From an uncultured virus (IMG/VR IMGVR_UViG_3300027985_001690) (taxonomy: Duplodnaviria > Heunggongvirae > Uroviricota > Caudoviricetes), in the IMG/VR virus record IMGVR_UViG_3300027985_001690: DNA of 60,384 nt; one strand, 5' to 3'. The notes beneath the pieces were generated by a model. It ran no database searches, had not been told where the DNA came from, and saw only the letters and a list, made by a program, of their open reading frames with translations. Positions 10,060 to 19,731 of this stretch are shown here, one piece after another (the first letter of the stretch is position 1; every line of letters starts with the position of its first letter). The position numbers and the translations under genes were made by a program.

Positions 10060-10728
10060 TCAGCCGAAGTAGTGGGTCACGATAGCAGTTACGATGGCTC
10101 CCAGGATACCGAGAACGGCGAGGGTGATGCTCGTGATCGACTTGAGCTTTTCCCTCTTCAGCTGCGTGGCGAAGGTAGCCGCCTGAGCCAGCGAGTCGGC
10201 CTGCGCCGCGTCTCGCGCGGCCTTTGCGTCCGCTTCTGCCTTCTGACGGGCGACTTCGGCGTTTGCCACAGCTCTCTGGGCAATGAGCTTGTCCCTTTCA
10301 GCCTGTTGTCGCTTCTCTTCGGCCTGACTGAGTTCCTCCAGCTGCTCTTTCATTGCGGCCAATTCTGCCTTCATGAACTCCCTGGAGTTCATGAGTTGGT
10401 CCCTGTCCATGAGGTCGGTTGTGATGTCGAACTCGTCTCTTGGCGCGGGTTTGTCCTGCGCCATCTTCTTGATGTCCTTCATGTCCTGTCGAATCGATCC
10501 GCACCTCTCGTCGCAACGAGTGTCGATCGAGATCTTCAGGTCGCGTATCTGACCGATGAGCTCGAGGACCTGGTCGGCGGCTCTGACGGCGGCGTCCCGG
10601 GACTCTCCGGAGACGGATAGAAGCTTGCCCCACTTCGCGTCCCACTCGTCGACGCGCTTGACCAGACTTGCATGGTTCTGCTCAAGGTTCTGAACCCTGA
10701 GCGTCAAAGATGGCGACGGCTCTGGCAT
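10060..10728 (-). CDS. Coiled-coil protein with C-terminal TM
   Basis: Heptad-rich E/K/Q/A region; ITLAVLGILGAIVTAIV; TGATG coupling. Confidence 0.7.
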   Translation of the reverse strand: MPEPSPSLTLRVQNLEQNHASLVKRVDEWDAKWGKLLSVSGESRDAAVRAADQVLELIGQIRDLKISIDTRCDERCGSIRQDMKDIKKMAQDKPAPRDEFDITTDLMDRDQLMNSREFMKAELAAMKEQLEELSQAEEKRQQAERDKLIAQRAVANAEVARQKAEADAKAARDAAQADSLAQAATFATQLKREKLKSITSITLAVLGILGAIVTAIVTHYFG

Positions 10729-11123
10729 CACTGAAGGGTCTTTCGGTCCGGTTTGGTTGGCATTTCCTCTCGCCACGCACCGGCAGGCTTGGCGAGCATG
10801 CTCGTGACCTTCTTGATCCAGGCGTCGCCGCCCACGGCGCCCAGAGCCGAGAACACCGCGACGGTGGCTACGTCATACGCAGAGTCCACCGTCGACGGTC
10901 GTAGGATGAGAACGGAGATGATCGACGCGAACAGAAACGCGACCGCGGGAACCAGCCACCCGTCGAGCTTGGACTTTCCGTCGGTTCCCTTCGGAGCGAA
11001 CTTGCGTGCCACCTCCACCGCATGCGTGACAAACATGCTGAGCAGGTAGGAAACGCCGAACAGGGTGGCGACGCGCTGCAGGACTTCGAGCTCAAGTTCC
11101 TCACAGCTTGTTGAATAGAGCAC
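10728..11123 (-). CDS. Holin-like small multi-TM protein (start uncertain)
   Basis: Three hydrophobic segments and a charged C-terminal tail. Confidence 0.5.
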   Translation of the reverse strand: MLYSTSCEELELEVLQRVATLFGVSYLLSMFVTHAVEVARKFAPKGTDGKSKLDGWLVPAVAFLFASIISVLILRPSTVDSAYDVATVAVFSALGAVGGDAWIKKVTSMLAKPAGAWREEMPTKPDRKTLQ

Positions 11124-12336
11124 CGGCCATCACGTTTCTACTCACACGGACGTCGGAGTAATCCTGGATGTAGTGCCAGGTGGCCACATCTGATTGCGAG
11201 TACGGAGCCAAGTAGATCCTTCCGTTCGTTGGATCGAAACTTCCGCCGATGTACGCGCCGGCCTCTACCGACAGCCCATGCGTGTATGTCACTACGTCCC
11301 CTGTGTAGCAATCCATGTAGTGCCAAGTGCTTACCGTTGCTTGATTGTACGGTACGAAGTAGATACGATTCTCTGCCGGAGAATACACTCCGAACTGATA
11401 GGCAAAGTTCACCGCGGTAGGAGCGTTGCTTTGATAACCTACGACTTCTCCTTCCGGGTCGATGTAGTGCCAGATAAGCTCGTCAGCCTGAAAGGCTGGG
11501 ACGAAGTAGACTCGGCTCTGCTTGGGGCTGTACACGGCTCCTATGTACGCGTTGACGGGCAGCGCAATGGATTCGTAGCCGACGACTGCACCGGTGTCGC
11601 AGTCGATGTAGTGCCAAGTAGACTGGGAGGACTGCCCGGTCGGTGCCATGTATATTCGATTCAGATCGAGATGCAGCGCTCCGCCTCGATAAGAATCCAC
11701 AGGCCCCATGCCATGCTCGTAGCCGACGACCGCACCGGTGTCGCAATCGATGTAGTGCCATGTGGCCTCAACAGACTGACCGTTAGGCACGAGATAGATC
11801 CTGTTCTGTGTCGGCGAGTAAACCCCTCCAGCGTACGCAAATGCGACAGCAGCAGTTCCGTGTGGATACGCCACCACGTCCCCGGTTTTGCAGTCTATGT
11901 AGTGCCAGTTGGCTTGGTTTCCTTGGTTGCTTGGGACGAGGTAGATCCTGTCCTGCGTAGGACTGTAGACACCTCCGAAATATCCCTGCGCAACTACCAC
12001 CGCTCCGTGGGTATACGCTACTACCTGCCCGGTGTTGCAGTCGATGTAGTGCCAGTCCGCCTGATCCGATTGAGAGTCCGGAACAAGGTAGATTCGGTTC
12101 TGCGTTGGGCTGTAGACGGCTCCGATGTACCCCATGTTGACCACTGTGGCACCATGAGTATAGGACCCTCCGGAGAACCCGACTTGCTTCGACGCCTTCT
12201 GGATGGGCCGTAGGTACCGAAGCAAGGCAAGCCTGTCGGTGTCGCGAAGACCCGGTATGGGCTGCGGGCCAAGCTTCCGCTCGAGGGCGTTGAGGGCCTG
12301 CTGGACGGCGGATCGGGTGAACTGTGCGAGCTTCAT
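11101..12336 (-). CDS. 7-repeat beta-propeller protein, paralog A
   Basis: Seven ~49-aa repeats YxGGVYSPTQNRIYLVP...WHYIDCxTG; start MKLAQFT chosen by comparison with the paralog. Confidence 0.8.
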   Translation of the reverse strand: MKLAQFTRSAVQQALNALERKLGPQPIPGLRDTDRLALLRYLRPIQKASKQVGFSGGSYTHGATVVNMGYIGAVYSPTQNRIYLVPDSQSDQADWHYIDCNTGQVVAYTHGAVVVAQGYFGGVYSPTQDRIYLVPSNQGNQANWHYIDCKTGDVVAYPHGTAAVAFAYAGGVYSPTQNRIYLVPNGQSVEATWHYIDCDTGAVVGYEHGMGPVDSYRGGALHLDLNRIYMAPTGQSSQSTWHYIDCDTGAVVGYESIALPVNAYIGAVYSPKQSRVYFVPAFQADELIWHYIDPEGEVVGYQSNAPTAVNFAYQFGVYSPAENRIYFVPYNQATVSTWHYMDCYTGDVVTYTHGLSVEAGAYIGGSFDPTNGRIYLAPYSQSDVATWHYIQDYSDVRVSRNVMAGALFNKL

Positions 12337-12337
12337 G

Positions 12338-12916
12338 TCAGAACTTCTCCATGATCTTCGGGACCGCGAACACGGCACCGATCATCGATGCGACCACCAC
12401 GAACATCACCATGCCGGTGCTACCAGTGGGTCCCGAAGGAGGCTCGTGCTCGAGGTACTGTTCGTCGGCGAACACGCTCTCCGGGCAGCAGGACGGCTTG
12501 GTAGAGCCGCCGCACGCGTATGGCATATCGTCGGTCACCTCGGCTCCCGGCGTCCACCAAGGTTCCTTGTTGCCCTGTCCAAGCTGGCTCAGAGCTCGAG
12601 CTCGCGTCTCATCGTCGACGGCGTGGAACCACCGAGCGAAACAGGCGAATGTCACCCAGTCCTGATGGCACGTGCCGTCGTACTCCTGCCACAGGCCGGG
12701 CGCGGTCTGTCCTTGGACCATGGCGTTGATGACGTCCTCGATGCGCTTCTGCAGATCGGGGTGCAGGTTGAGCGATGGACGGTCATCTCGCCACTGACGG
12801 TCGAACGCATCGACTGCGCCGTCTCCCTTCCACAGCCGGACGTCCTCCCGGACCATGATCCTGGAGATCTCCTGGAAGTAGGCCTGGTTACCGTTGAGTG
12901 GGATCTTGCAGTTCAT
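12338..12916 (-). CDS. Hypothetical protein with C-terminal TM
   Basis: MVMFVVVASMIGAVFAVPK. Confidence 0.7.
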   Translation of the reverse strand: MNCKIPLNGNQAYFQEISRIMVREDVRLWKGDGAVDAFDRQWRDDRPSLNLHPDLQKRIEDVINAMVQGQTAPGLWQEYDGTCHQDWVTFACFARWFHAVDDETRARALSQLGQGNKEPWWTPGAEVTDDMPYACGGSTKPSCCPESVFADEQYLEHEPPSGPTGSTGMVMFVVVASMIGAVFAVPKIMEKF

Positions 12917-12923
12917 GTTTGCC

Positions 12924-14186
12924 TCAGAACTTGTTGAATAGCGCCCCCGCCATCACGTTCCTGGACACAGGGACATCGGAGTACTCCTCGACGTATATCC
13001 ACGGCACAGACGGTTGGTAGTACGCAATCATGTACACTCGGTTCTCGGTCGGGCTAAAAACGCACCCTGTGTAGCCTGGATCTGCAGGCGTGGATCCGGT
13101 TTCATACTCGACCACGCCCCCGTCGTCGCAGTCGATGTAATGCCAAGTAGACACCTCACCCTGGAAGTTTGGGGCCATGTATATTCTGTTTTCAGCTGGC
13201 GAGTAACACCCACCAGCGTAGGCGGCGCTGACGGCTGGAACAATCAACCCATTGTCGTACGCCACTACGTTTCCGCTGTCGCAGTCGATGTAGTGCCACT
13301 CGGATTCGGGTCCCTGTCCAGCCGGAACCAGATATATTCGGTCTTGTGTAGGAGAATAGACTCCTCCAGAATATGCTGATGCATTCAGAGGTGGGAAAAT
13401 GTTGTTCTGATATGCTACGAGAGCACCTGTGTCGCAGTCGATGTAGTGCCACGTTCCCTCGCTGCTGATACCAGACGGAACGAGGTAGATTCTGTTCTGA
13501 GTCGGGCTGTAGACACCGCCAGCGTAGTACCCACCCACAGGCCCTATGATAACTCCGTCGTATTCGACGACGTTTCCATTTTCACAATCGATATAGTGCC
13601 ACTTCGACTGCGTCGCCTGAGCGTTGGGACATAGGTAGATCCTGTTCTGTGTAGGACTGTACACAGCCCCCAAATAGGCGTTAGCTACCAAAGTCAAAGA
13701 GCCGTGTGGATATGCCACTACATCCCCTGTTTTACAGTCCAGGTAGTGCCAATTGGCCTGTGTAGACATCGAGAAAGGTGCGAAGTAAATACGATCCTGT
13801 GTAGGCGAGTATGCCCCCCCTTGGTAACCATAATTGGGCAACACACCAGCACCATGGGCGTAAGCGACCAACTCTCCTGTATAGCAGTTGATGTAATGCC
13901 AATTCGCCTCGTCCGATTGACCTGACGGAACCAGGTAGATTCGATTCTGTGTGGGGGAGTACACGCCAGCTCTGTACGGGTAGAGGCCGAACGTTCCTCC
14001 GGTGTCAAACGATCCAACCCCAAATCCAACGTTCTTGGCTTCTTCCTGGATGGGACGCAGGTACCGAAGGAGCGCGAGCCTGTCGGTGTCCCGCAGCCCA
14101 GGGATGGGGTTTACGCCTAGCTTGCGCTCGAGCGCGTTGAGGGCTTGCTGGACGGCGGACCGAGTGAATTGTGCGAGATTAGTCAT
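12924..14186 (-). CDS. 7-repeat beta-propeller protein, paralog B
   Basis: Same seven repeats and shared termini (LAQFTRSAVQQ..., SRNVMAGALFNK); AAGGA RBS. Confidence 0.8.
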   Translation of the reverse strand: MTNLAQFTRSAVQQALNALERKLGVNPIPGLRDTDRLALLRYLRPIQEEAKNVGFGVGSFDTGGTFGLYPYRAGVYSPTQNRIYLVPSGQSDEANWHYINCYTGELVAYAHGAGVLPNYGYQGGAYSPTQDRIYFAPFSMSTQANWHYLDCKTGDVVAYPHGSLTLVANAYLGAVYSPTQNRIYLCPNAQATQSKWHYIDCENGNVVEYDGVIIGPVGGYYAGGVYSPTQNRIYLVPSGISSEGTWHYIDCDTGALVAYQNNIFPPLNASAYSGGVYSPTQDRIYLVPAGQGPESEWHYIDCDSGNVVAYDNGLIVPAVSAAYAGGCYSPAENRIYMAPNFQGEVSTWHYIDCDDGGVVEYETGSTPADPGYTGCVFSPTENRVYMIAYYQPSVPWIYVEEYSDVPVSRNVMAGALFNKF

Positions 14187-14193
14187 GGGTCCT

Positions 14194-14787
14194 TTACCTA
14201 ACGACTCGCCGGGTGGCGTAGGAGATGACCTGGAAGACCAGGGCGCCCACCACCGCGCTGACGAGTACATCCTTGAACGTTGTCGAGGCGGCGGTTGACG
14301 CCGCATCCTCCGCGGTATCCTCGGACAGGTGCGCGGGGACGAAGTAATTGCCGGTGCTGCCGTACCTGGCCACCGCCATTTCGCAGTCGGTTGGATCGGG
14401 GCAGACGTCTTCGATGTGCAGCCCGGGGTGGTACTCAAAGTGTCCAGCGTCCCCCCACCTACCTCCCCAAACGAATCCCATGTCCTCTGCGATTTGTCCG
14501 AGTACCTCGTATCTGGGATCGGCCTCGAGCTGCAGCGTTCCGTCGGAGTTCCGGATGAACAGGTCGACCGCGCGCCCGAACACGTGCCAGCTCCGGCACC
14601 CTGGAGCGTTGGAGACGATCTTGCCTGGCTTGGTCCGACCCTGGGCGTAAATCTCCGCCTGCTCGGAACAGCTTCGAAGCGTCGAAGCGATCTTGAGCTC
14701 GATCCCGTTGTCCTTCGCCTCGGCGATGAACCGCTCGGTGGCGGCTCTCGTGTCCGGCGTCAGGTCCTCGAGCAGAATCGATCCCAT
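14194..14787 (-). CDS. M15 family (L-Ala-D-Glu-type) peptidase with C-terminal TM anchor
   Basis: LRSCSEQAEIYAQGRT, SWHVFGRAVD, WGGRWGDAGHFE; VLVSAVVGALVFQVI-RR. Confidence 0.88.
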   Translation of the reverse strand: MGSILLEDLTPDTRAATERFIAEAKDNGIELKIASTLRSCSEQAEIYAQGRTKPGKIVSNAPGCRSWHVFGRAVDLFIRNSDGTLQLEADPRYEVLGQIAEDMGFVWGGRWGDAGHFEYHPGLHIEDVCPDPTDCEMAVARYGSTGNYFVPAHLSEDTAEDAASTAASTTFKDVLVSAVVGALVFQVISYATRRVVR

Positions 14788-15158
14788 CAGTCGAGCTCCT
14801 CGTACTTGCCGCGGCGACCGTACCTCCACCCATCGTGCTCAGGCTCGGTGTAGTGCCCTTTCGATCGGAGCCACCACGTCACGCAATGGGCCAGGATGGA
14901 CGTAGAAAATCCGAACAACGCCACCGTGACCGTCGAATCAACGTAACCGGCGACGTTCGCCCGAACGGCGTACGTCACCCCGACAAGGACGCCAACCCAG
15001 AAGCCCGAGCACATCGAGCAGTACAGGGGGCAGCCCTTGTGGATGAATCGCAGGAGGAATCGACACCCTGCCTTCCTGATCGGCGCGCAAATGGATGAGG
15101 TGGTCAGCACGAGCGTGCAACCGACAGCGCCGATCAGGTAAAGCAGTAGCGATTCCAT
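14787..15158 (-). CDS. DUF1360-like membrane protein
   Basis: LYCSMCSGFWVG motif within three TM segments. Confidence 0.6.
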   Translation of the reverse strand: MESLLLYLIGAVGCTLVLTTSSICAPIRKAGCRFLLRFIHKGCPLYCSMCSGFWVGVLVGVTYAVRANVAGYVDSTVTVALFGFSTSILAHCVTWWLRSKGHYTEPEHDGWRYGRRGKYEELD

Positions 15159-15161
15159 ACC

Positions 15162-15341
15162 TCAGACATCGAATCCCTTGGCTCTGGCGTACGCGACGAG
15201 CATCTGCAGCTGCTCCTCGTTCACCTCGACCGCTTGGCCGAATTCCGACAGCGACAGGGTCTTGTCCTTGCCTTCGACGATGTCGACATCGGGGCAAGAC
15301 TTGCAGGAACCCCCGCAGAGCGTCATCTTGGCGTCACTCAT
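15162..15341 (-). CDS. Small Cys-containing hypothetical protein
   Basis: MSDAKMTLCGGSCKSCP; TGATG coupling. Confidence 0.6.
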   Translation of the reverse strand: MSDAKMTLCGGSCKSCPDVDIVEGKDKTLSLSEFGQAVEVNEEQLQMLVAYARAKGFDV

Positions 15342-16660
15342 CACGAGAAGTCTTTCTGCGCACACACAACCACGTCGGCAGCGTCGCCGGCGCCCTTGGT
15401 GTACGCGACCTGTGTTGCAGATTTGGTCGTGATCGCGATAGGCATCTCCGTCACGTCAGCGCATTCGTGACCGACGTATTGAGGCGCTGTCACGTAGGGG
15501 ATTCCCCACGCTACGGGAGCGCCGGAGTTGCCAGCGGGAATGACCTGCGTCCAAACGGATCTGTCAATGGCACCATTGCCAGCGACGGCCAGAGACGGCT
15601 GGGCAAACACGCATCCGCGCAAATCCATGTCGCAGAGGTTGCCGGCGGTGTGGGGCCCCTCTTTATCGAGCAACTCGGCGTTGCGGAAGCTCGCACTGCC
15701 ACGGTTCGCTCCGGCACCGGAGTCCGCGATGGTCACGAGCCCTGCCACCTTTGCGAAGTCGAAAACGCAGACAGCGGCGTCTGCCTGTTGCAGGTTGAAC
15801 GTGACGTTGATGGCTCCGCCGATGTACCCGAGGTCCTCGATGTATCCGGCGTACGGAGCGAGCTCGACCAAGGCATCCAGAAGCGCTCCACCCACGGACG
15901 TCACTTCAGTGTCCTTGGAGAGACGAACACGAGCGAGACCGTTGACGGTCAAGACTCCGCCGTTCGTTCCGTTGATCGTGATCGTTCCGGGACCGCTCAT
16001 GGGAGGGTTCGCTGGAGCGGCGACGTATCCGTCTGTGATAGAGTTCCATTTGCAGTTGGCGATGACGCCGTCACCGCAGTCCTGGATGGACAAAGCGGAA
16101 TTCGTCTCGGTGTCTCGGAAGCTGAAGTCATTGATCGACTGCAGGTTGACAGCCCCGACCAGTAGGCAGTCGATCACACGAAACGTCCCGGCGAACATGG
16201 CGGGGTCCGCGCTACCGTCGATGGAAATGGCCGGGTTCGCGCCGGTGTTGCTGACAGCCAGGTCGTTCAAGGATCCGAGGCCCAGAGCGATCGTCGGTGC
16301 GATGGTAAGGGTCGGGCCAGCGGTCGCATTTGAGATGCTGGTGCTGACCTTCCCCGTTCCCTTGAGCGTGATGTTCTGGGTGTCAGGCCATACCAGGTCC
16401 TCGGAGAAAATACCGGGGGACACGAAGATCGTGTCACCGTCCAAGGCGGCGTCCAACGCAGCCTGGATCGTTTGGTACTTGAACACCAGGCTACCACGCT
16501 GTGCGGTGTCGTTGTCACCGTCGACGGCGTCGACGAAGAGCGTGTTAGACAGACCCGCAACCCCGAGCTCCGACTCGATGGCCTGCAGCAGCTTGTACCA
16601 CTGCTGGGCCTCTTCGGGTGTAAAGCTTCGAGGCGGGTCAATGCGAGTTTTCAGTCCCAT
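15341..16660 (-). CDS. Right-handed beta-helix (pectin-lyase-like) spike protein
   Basis: LFVDAVDGDND...YQTIQAALDAALDGDTIFVSPGIFSE motif. Confidence 0.7.
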   Translation of the reverse strand: MGLKTRIDPPRSFTPEEAQQWYKLLQAIESELGVAGLSNTLFVDAVDGDNDTAQRGSLVFKYQTIQAALDAALDGDTIFVSPGIFSEDLVWPDTQNITLKGTGKVSTSISNATAGPTLTIAPTIALGLGSLNDLAVSNTGANPAISIDGSADPAMFAGTFRVIDCLLVGAVNLQSINDFSFRDTETNSALSIQDCGDGVIANCKWNSITDGYVAAPANPPMSGPGTITINGTNGGVLTVNGLARVRLSKDTEVTSVGGALLDALVELAPYAGYIEDLGYIGGAINVTFNLQQADAAVCVFDFAKVAGLVTIADSGAGANRGSASFRNAELLDKEGPHTAGNLCDMDLRGCVFAQPSLAVAGNGAIDRSVWTQVIPAGNSGAPVAWGIPYVTAPQYVGHECADVTEMPIAITTKSATQVAYTKGAGDAADVVVCAQKDFS

Positions 16661-16673
16661 GGTTCAGTTCCCC

Positions 16674-17168
16674 TTACTGCGGTCCGCCGTCGACAGGCGT
16701 GCAGCACTTGTTGATGAGCACAAGCGCGTAGTGGTTGGTGACGCTCACGTACGGAGACGCATCGACAATGATGCCCACCCTCGAGGATACGGCGGGCTCG
16801 ATGTTCGTCGCTGCGCCAGCGGTGGCATCGGACACCCAGCAGGGAGTCCCGGAGACGAGAACGAGACCATCCTCGAACCGGACGAGCTGCATGTTCGACG
16901 TGGCCATGTCGGCCTTTGCGCCGATCGCGACGACGGGCTGGCCGTCCAGAACGCCGACCCAGTCGGCATCGGTGACGCTGTCGGCAAGGGCGAGGTCGAC
17001 CTGGCGGACGCCAGCGACTGCCCTGACGATGTCACCCTTGTGAAGGACGGCGCCAGACGCGTTGGTGACAGGGTGATGCTCGATGTACTTCTGGACGAGA
17101 GTGCAGAGCTTCTCCCACTGTTCGTCGATGGTCGGGAATCCGGAGTGCAGTTTCGGGAGCTTGAGCAT
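16674..17168 (-). CDS. Capsid decoration/fibre-like protein (DUF2190-like), paralog 1
   Basis: TNASGAVLHKGDIV...LALAD...GxAT pattern; ends CCTP. Confidence 0.5.
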   Translation of the reverse strand: MLKLPKLHSGFPTIDEQWEKLCTLVQKYIEHHPVTNASGAVLHKGDIVRAVAGVRQVDLALADSVTDADWVGVLDGQPVVAIGAKADMATSNMQLVRFEDGLVLVSGTPCWVSDATAGAATNIEPAVSSRVGIIVDASPYVSVTNHYALVLINKCCTPVDGGPQ

Positions 17169-17195
17169 GGGAATTATCCTCCTTCAGGTTCGTGA

Positions 17196-17687
17196 TCAGC
17201 GGTTGTCGGTCGGAGTGCAACAGTGGTTCAGGTTGACGTAGCATCCACCAAGCGTGGCGAAGGTAGACGCGTCCTCGATGGTTCCGATCCGCTTGTAGAA
17301 TCCGGCGCCGAGGGTCTTATTGCTGGCGCGACCCGCGACGTTACTTGTGTACGCCGGTTCGCCGGAGGTCGGTGCAGGGTTGAGGGTCGGATCGAACAGG
17401 ACGAACGCGAGACCCTGGGTCCGCGCAACACCCCTCCCGCCAGCGGGCGTGGGCTCGCAGGAAATGCAAGCGGCGTCCGCAGTCAGTGCGGTGATCTGGG
17501 TGGTCCGGAAGGCCTGTCGGTCGCCAGCGCCGAAGTACAGCACCTCGCCATCGAGCAGCGCAGTGCCCTCCGCATTGGTCACGCGCATGTGCTCGGTGCG
17601 GGACTGCAGGATGCGGGTGAGGCTGAGCCACGCGTCGGCGAGAAACGCCATCAGCGGCGTGGCGTTGATCTTGGGGAACTTGATCAT
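17196..17687 (-). CDS. Capsid decoration/fibre-like protein (DUF2190-like), paralog 2
   Basis: TNAEGTALLDGEVL...; shares DAS and CCTP motifs with 16674-17168. Confidence 0.5.
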   Translation of the reverse strand: MIKFPKINATPLMAFLADAWLSLTRILQSRTEHMRVTNAEGTALLDGEVLYFGAGDRQAFRTTQITALTADAACISCEPTPAGGRGVARTQGLAFVLFDPTLNPAPTSGEPAYTSNVAGRASNKTLGAGFYKRIGTIEDASTFATLGGCYVNLNHCCTPTDNR

Positions 17688-18559
17688 CGCTTGCTACCTT
17701 TCTTGGATGCCCCAACCAGGAGCACCCCGCCGAGCGCCGCAGCTCCGACAATGAGGACGGGCCAGACCCATCCGCCCGCTCCGGAGTCGCCAAACCAGTT
17801 GATGCGGTCGATGCCGTCGTCGCCGGGAGTGACCGGCTCGACCTCGTCCCCTTTGGGAACGTACTTGGAGCCGTCGGCGTTGACCAAACGGTCTTCGTAC
17901 GCCTTCGGGGGAGCCGGCCACACTGCAGGGATCTTGATGATGTCGCCGTTGTTGAAGTAGGCGAAGTTGCAGTTCTTCCCTTCGGTGTCCGTGACGAATC
18001 CACCGGCCTTGTCGTAGTTCACGCGGAGCAAGGACCGAGTCGTGAGCGGACCGGTTCCGGTCGTCGACCCACCGAGCCAAGTCTTCGCGATCTTGTCGGG
18101 CCAGTCACCATCCTTGACCAGGAAGTAGTATGGCTTTTTCTCGTTCATCGGGATGATGTCGCCGGTGCAGTCTCGGACTCCAGTGGCCCCGACGGTCCCA
18201 GGATTGACGCGCCTCGGTGTGAGCTTGGGAGCGCCGACGCTGCCACCACCAGACCACGACTCCGGGATGTTGACGTTGACGCCGTCCCGCCAGAAGTACG
18301 GGTCGAACGTGACGGGTTGACCTACCATTCCGGCGGCAACCACCTTCGGCCAATCGGGGTTGGCTTCAACGAGTTCGCTGACTCGCTCTCCCGAACCCGT
18401 GTACTTCATGGTGACGTCTCGAGGAGTCTCGCCACCGGAAACAACGTGCTTCATTTGACCCTCCTTCGCAGGGGCGCCGACGGATCCGAATGCGGGGCTC
18501 GTCGGTTGATTGACTTGTAGACGCCGCCACAGGCTGAATTGGTTCGGCATGATCGTCAT
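17684..18559 (-). CDS. Two-LysM protein with C-terminal TM
   Basis: HVVSGGETP...ELVEANP; FLVKDGDWPDKIA...GDIIKIP; WVWPVLIVGAAALGGVLLVG-KK. Confidence 0.7.
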   Translation of the reverse strand: MTIMPNQFSLWRRLQVNQPTSPAFGSVGAPAKEGQMKHVVSGGETPRDVTMKYTGSGERVSELVEANPDWPKVVAAGMVGQPVTFDPYFWRDGVNVNIPESWSGGGSVGAPKLTPRRVNPGTVGATGVRDCTGDIIPMNEKKPYYFLVKDGDWPDKIAKTWLGGSTTGTGPLTTRSLLRVNYDKAGGFVTDTEGKNCNFAYFNNGDIIKIPAVWPAPPKAYEDRLVNADGSKYVPKGDEVEPVTPGDDGIDRINWFGDSGAGGWVWPVLIVGAAALGGVLLVGASKKGSKR

Positions 18560-19728
18560 CCCTTCCTCGACGACAGCGCGAACGCCGTCGCTGCGATGCC
18601 GAGTACTCCGATGACGGATGCGGCAACGATAAGTGCGGTGTTGTTCTCCGCTTGAGCGGTCTTGCCAGGCTCGGGCGTCGGCGGCGCGGGCTCTTCCTTG
18701 CAGTCACAGGGGTTCGCCTCAGAACCGCACAGCAGTTTCTTGAAGGCCTCGGTGTCCGCGTAGCACTCGGGACACGAGGACAGCGTCTTGAGCCGGTTGG
18801 GGTCCTTCTTGATGCAGGCCACCGCTTCCGGGTCGCTCAGGACGTCGGCCAGAGAGTCCGACCAGTCGACGTCCTTGAGGATGTCGGACCATGCCTGGTC
18901 GCCGAAGTTGGTGTTGAAGAAGTCCGGGGACTGGTTGGGGATCGCCACCGCCGGCGTCGTGTAGGCCGGAAGCGGGACACCGGTGAGCACCTGGGAGATC
19001 TCCTGCAGCGTCTGGGTGCCGAGCGTGTTCCATGGGATGTCCTTCCACTGGATGGAGTCCCACGGAATGTCCTGGACCTGCGGAGACTTGCCGTTGGTGA
19101 TTCCAGTGGCGCGCAGGAACTCGACGGCCTGGCGCCCCATCGCGACCAACGTTGCGAAGGGAACCGGTGCCGGGGTAGCGGGCGTGGGAAGCGGAGGAAT
19201 CACACCGGGTAGCACACCAGGGAACTTGGCGTACGGCCACCAGCTGTACATGACCGCGACCACGTCGTTCATGTCGACGTTGCTCGGGAGAGAGAGACCA
19301 CCAGCCGCCAGTATGTTGGCGATGGCCGGCGTCACGCCAGACTGGTTCATCGCGGTGATCATCTGGGTGAGCTGGTCAATCGTAGTTGCGCCGTAGACCG
19401 GAGAGAACTTCGCCGCGCCAGAGAACATGGGAGCGCCCACCGCGCCGGGCCCGCTCACCGCGCCGGGGCCCCAGCACCCAGGGATGCGTAGACGCTCACC
19501 GGCCTCGAGGGACTGGAAGCACTTGTGCTTGTACCCGTACGGCGCGTCGCCGAGCGGCTTGTGGAGGTTCGCGCCGACGAGCTCCTGCCACCGGTCAATC
19601 GGCTGGCCGAACAGGTAGGCGATTTGGGCGACGTTGTCTCCGGGTTGAACCTCGTAGCCCTCGTCATCGAGCACGAAACGTTGCTGCCTCGGAACCAACC
19701 CACCGCACGATTTGCATCCGCATCCCAT
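18556..19728 (-). CDS. LysM protein with C-terminal TM
   Basis: YEVQPGDNVAQIAYLFG...GERLRIP; ALIVAASVIGVLGIAATAFAL-RKG. Confidence 0.75.
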   Translation of the reverse strand: MGCGCKSCGGLVPRQQRFVLDDEGYEVQPGDNVAQIAYLFGQPIDRWQELVGANLHKPLGDAPYGYKHKCFQSLEAGERLRIPGCWGPGAVSGPGAVGAPMFSGAAKFSPVYGATTIDQLTQMITAMNQSGVTPAIANILAAGGLSLPSNVDMNDVVAVMYSWWPYAKFPGVLPGVIPPLPTPATPAPVPFATLVAMGRQAVEFLRATGITNGKSPQVQDIPWDSIQWKDIPWNTLGTQTLQEISQVLTGVPLPAYTTPAVAIPNQSPDFFNTNFGDQAWSDILKDVDWSDSLADVLSDPEAVACIKKDPNRLKTLSSCPECYADTEAFKKLLCGSEANPCDCKEEPAPPTPEPGKTAQAENNTALIVAASVIGVLGIAATAFALSSRKG

Positions 19729-19731
19729 GAC

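Noticed and set aside
1491..14186. Diversity-generating retroelement acting on the paralog pairs
   Set aside because: No reverse transcriptase in the window; differences include indels and do not look adenine-specific
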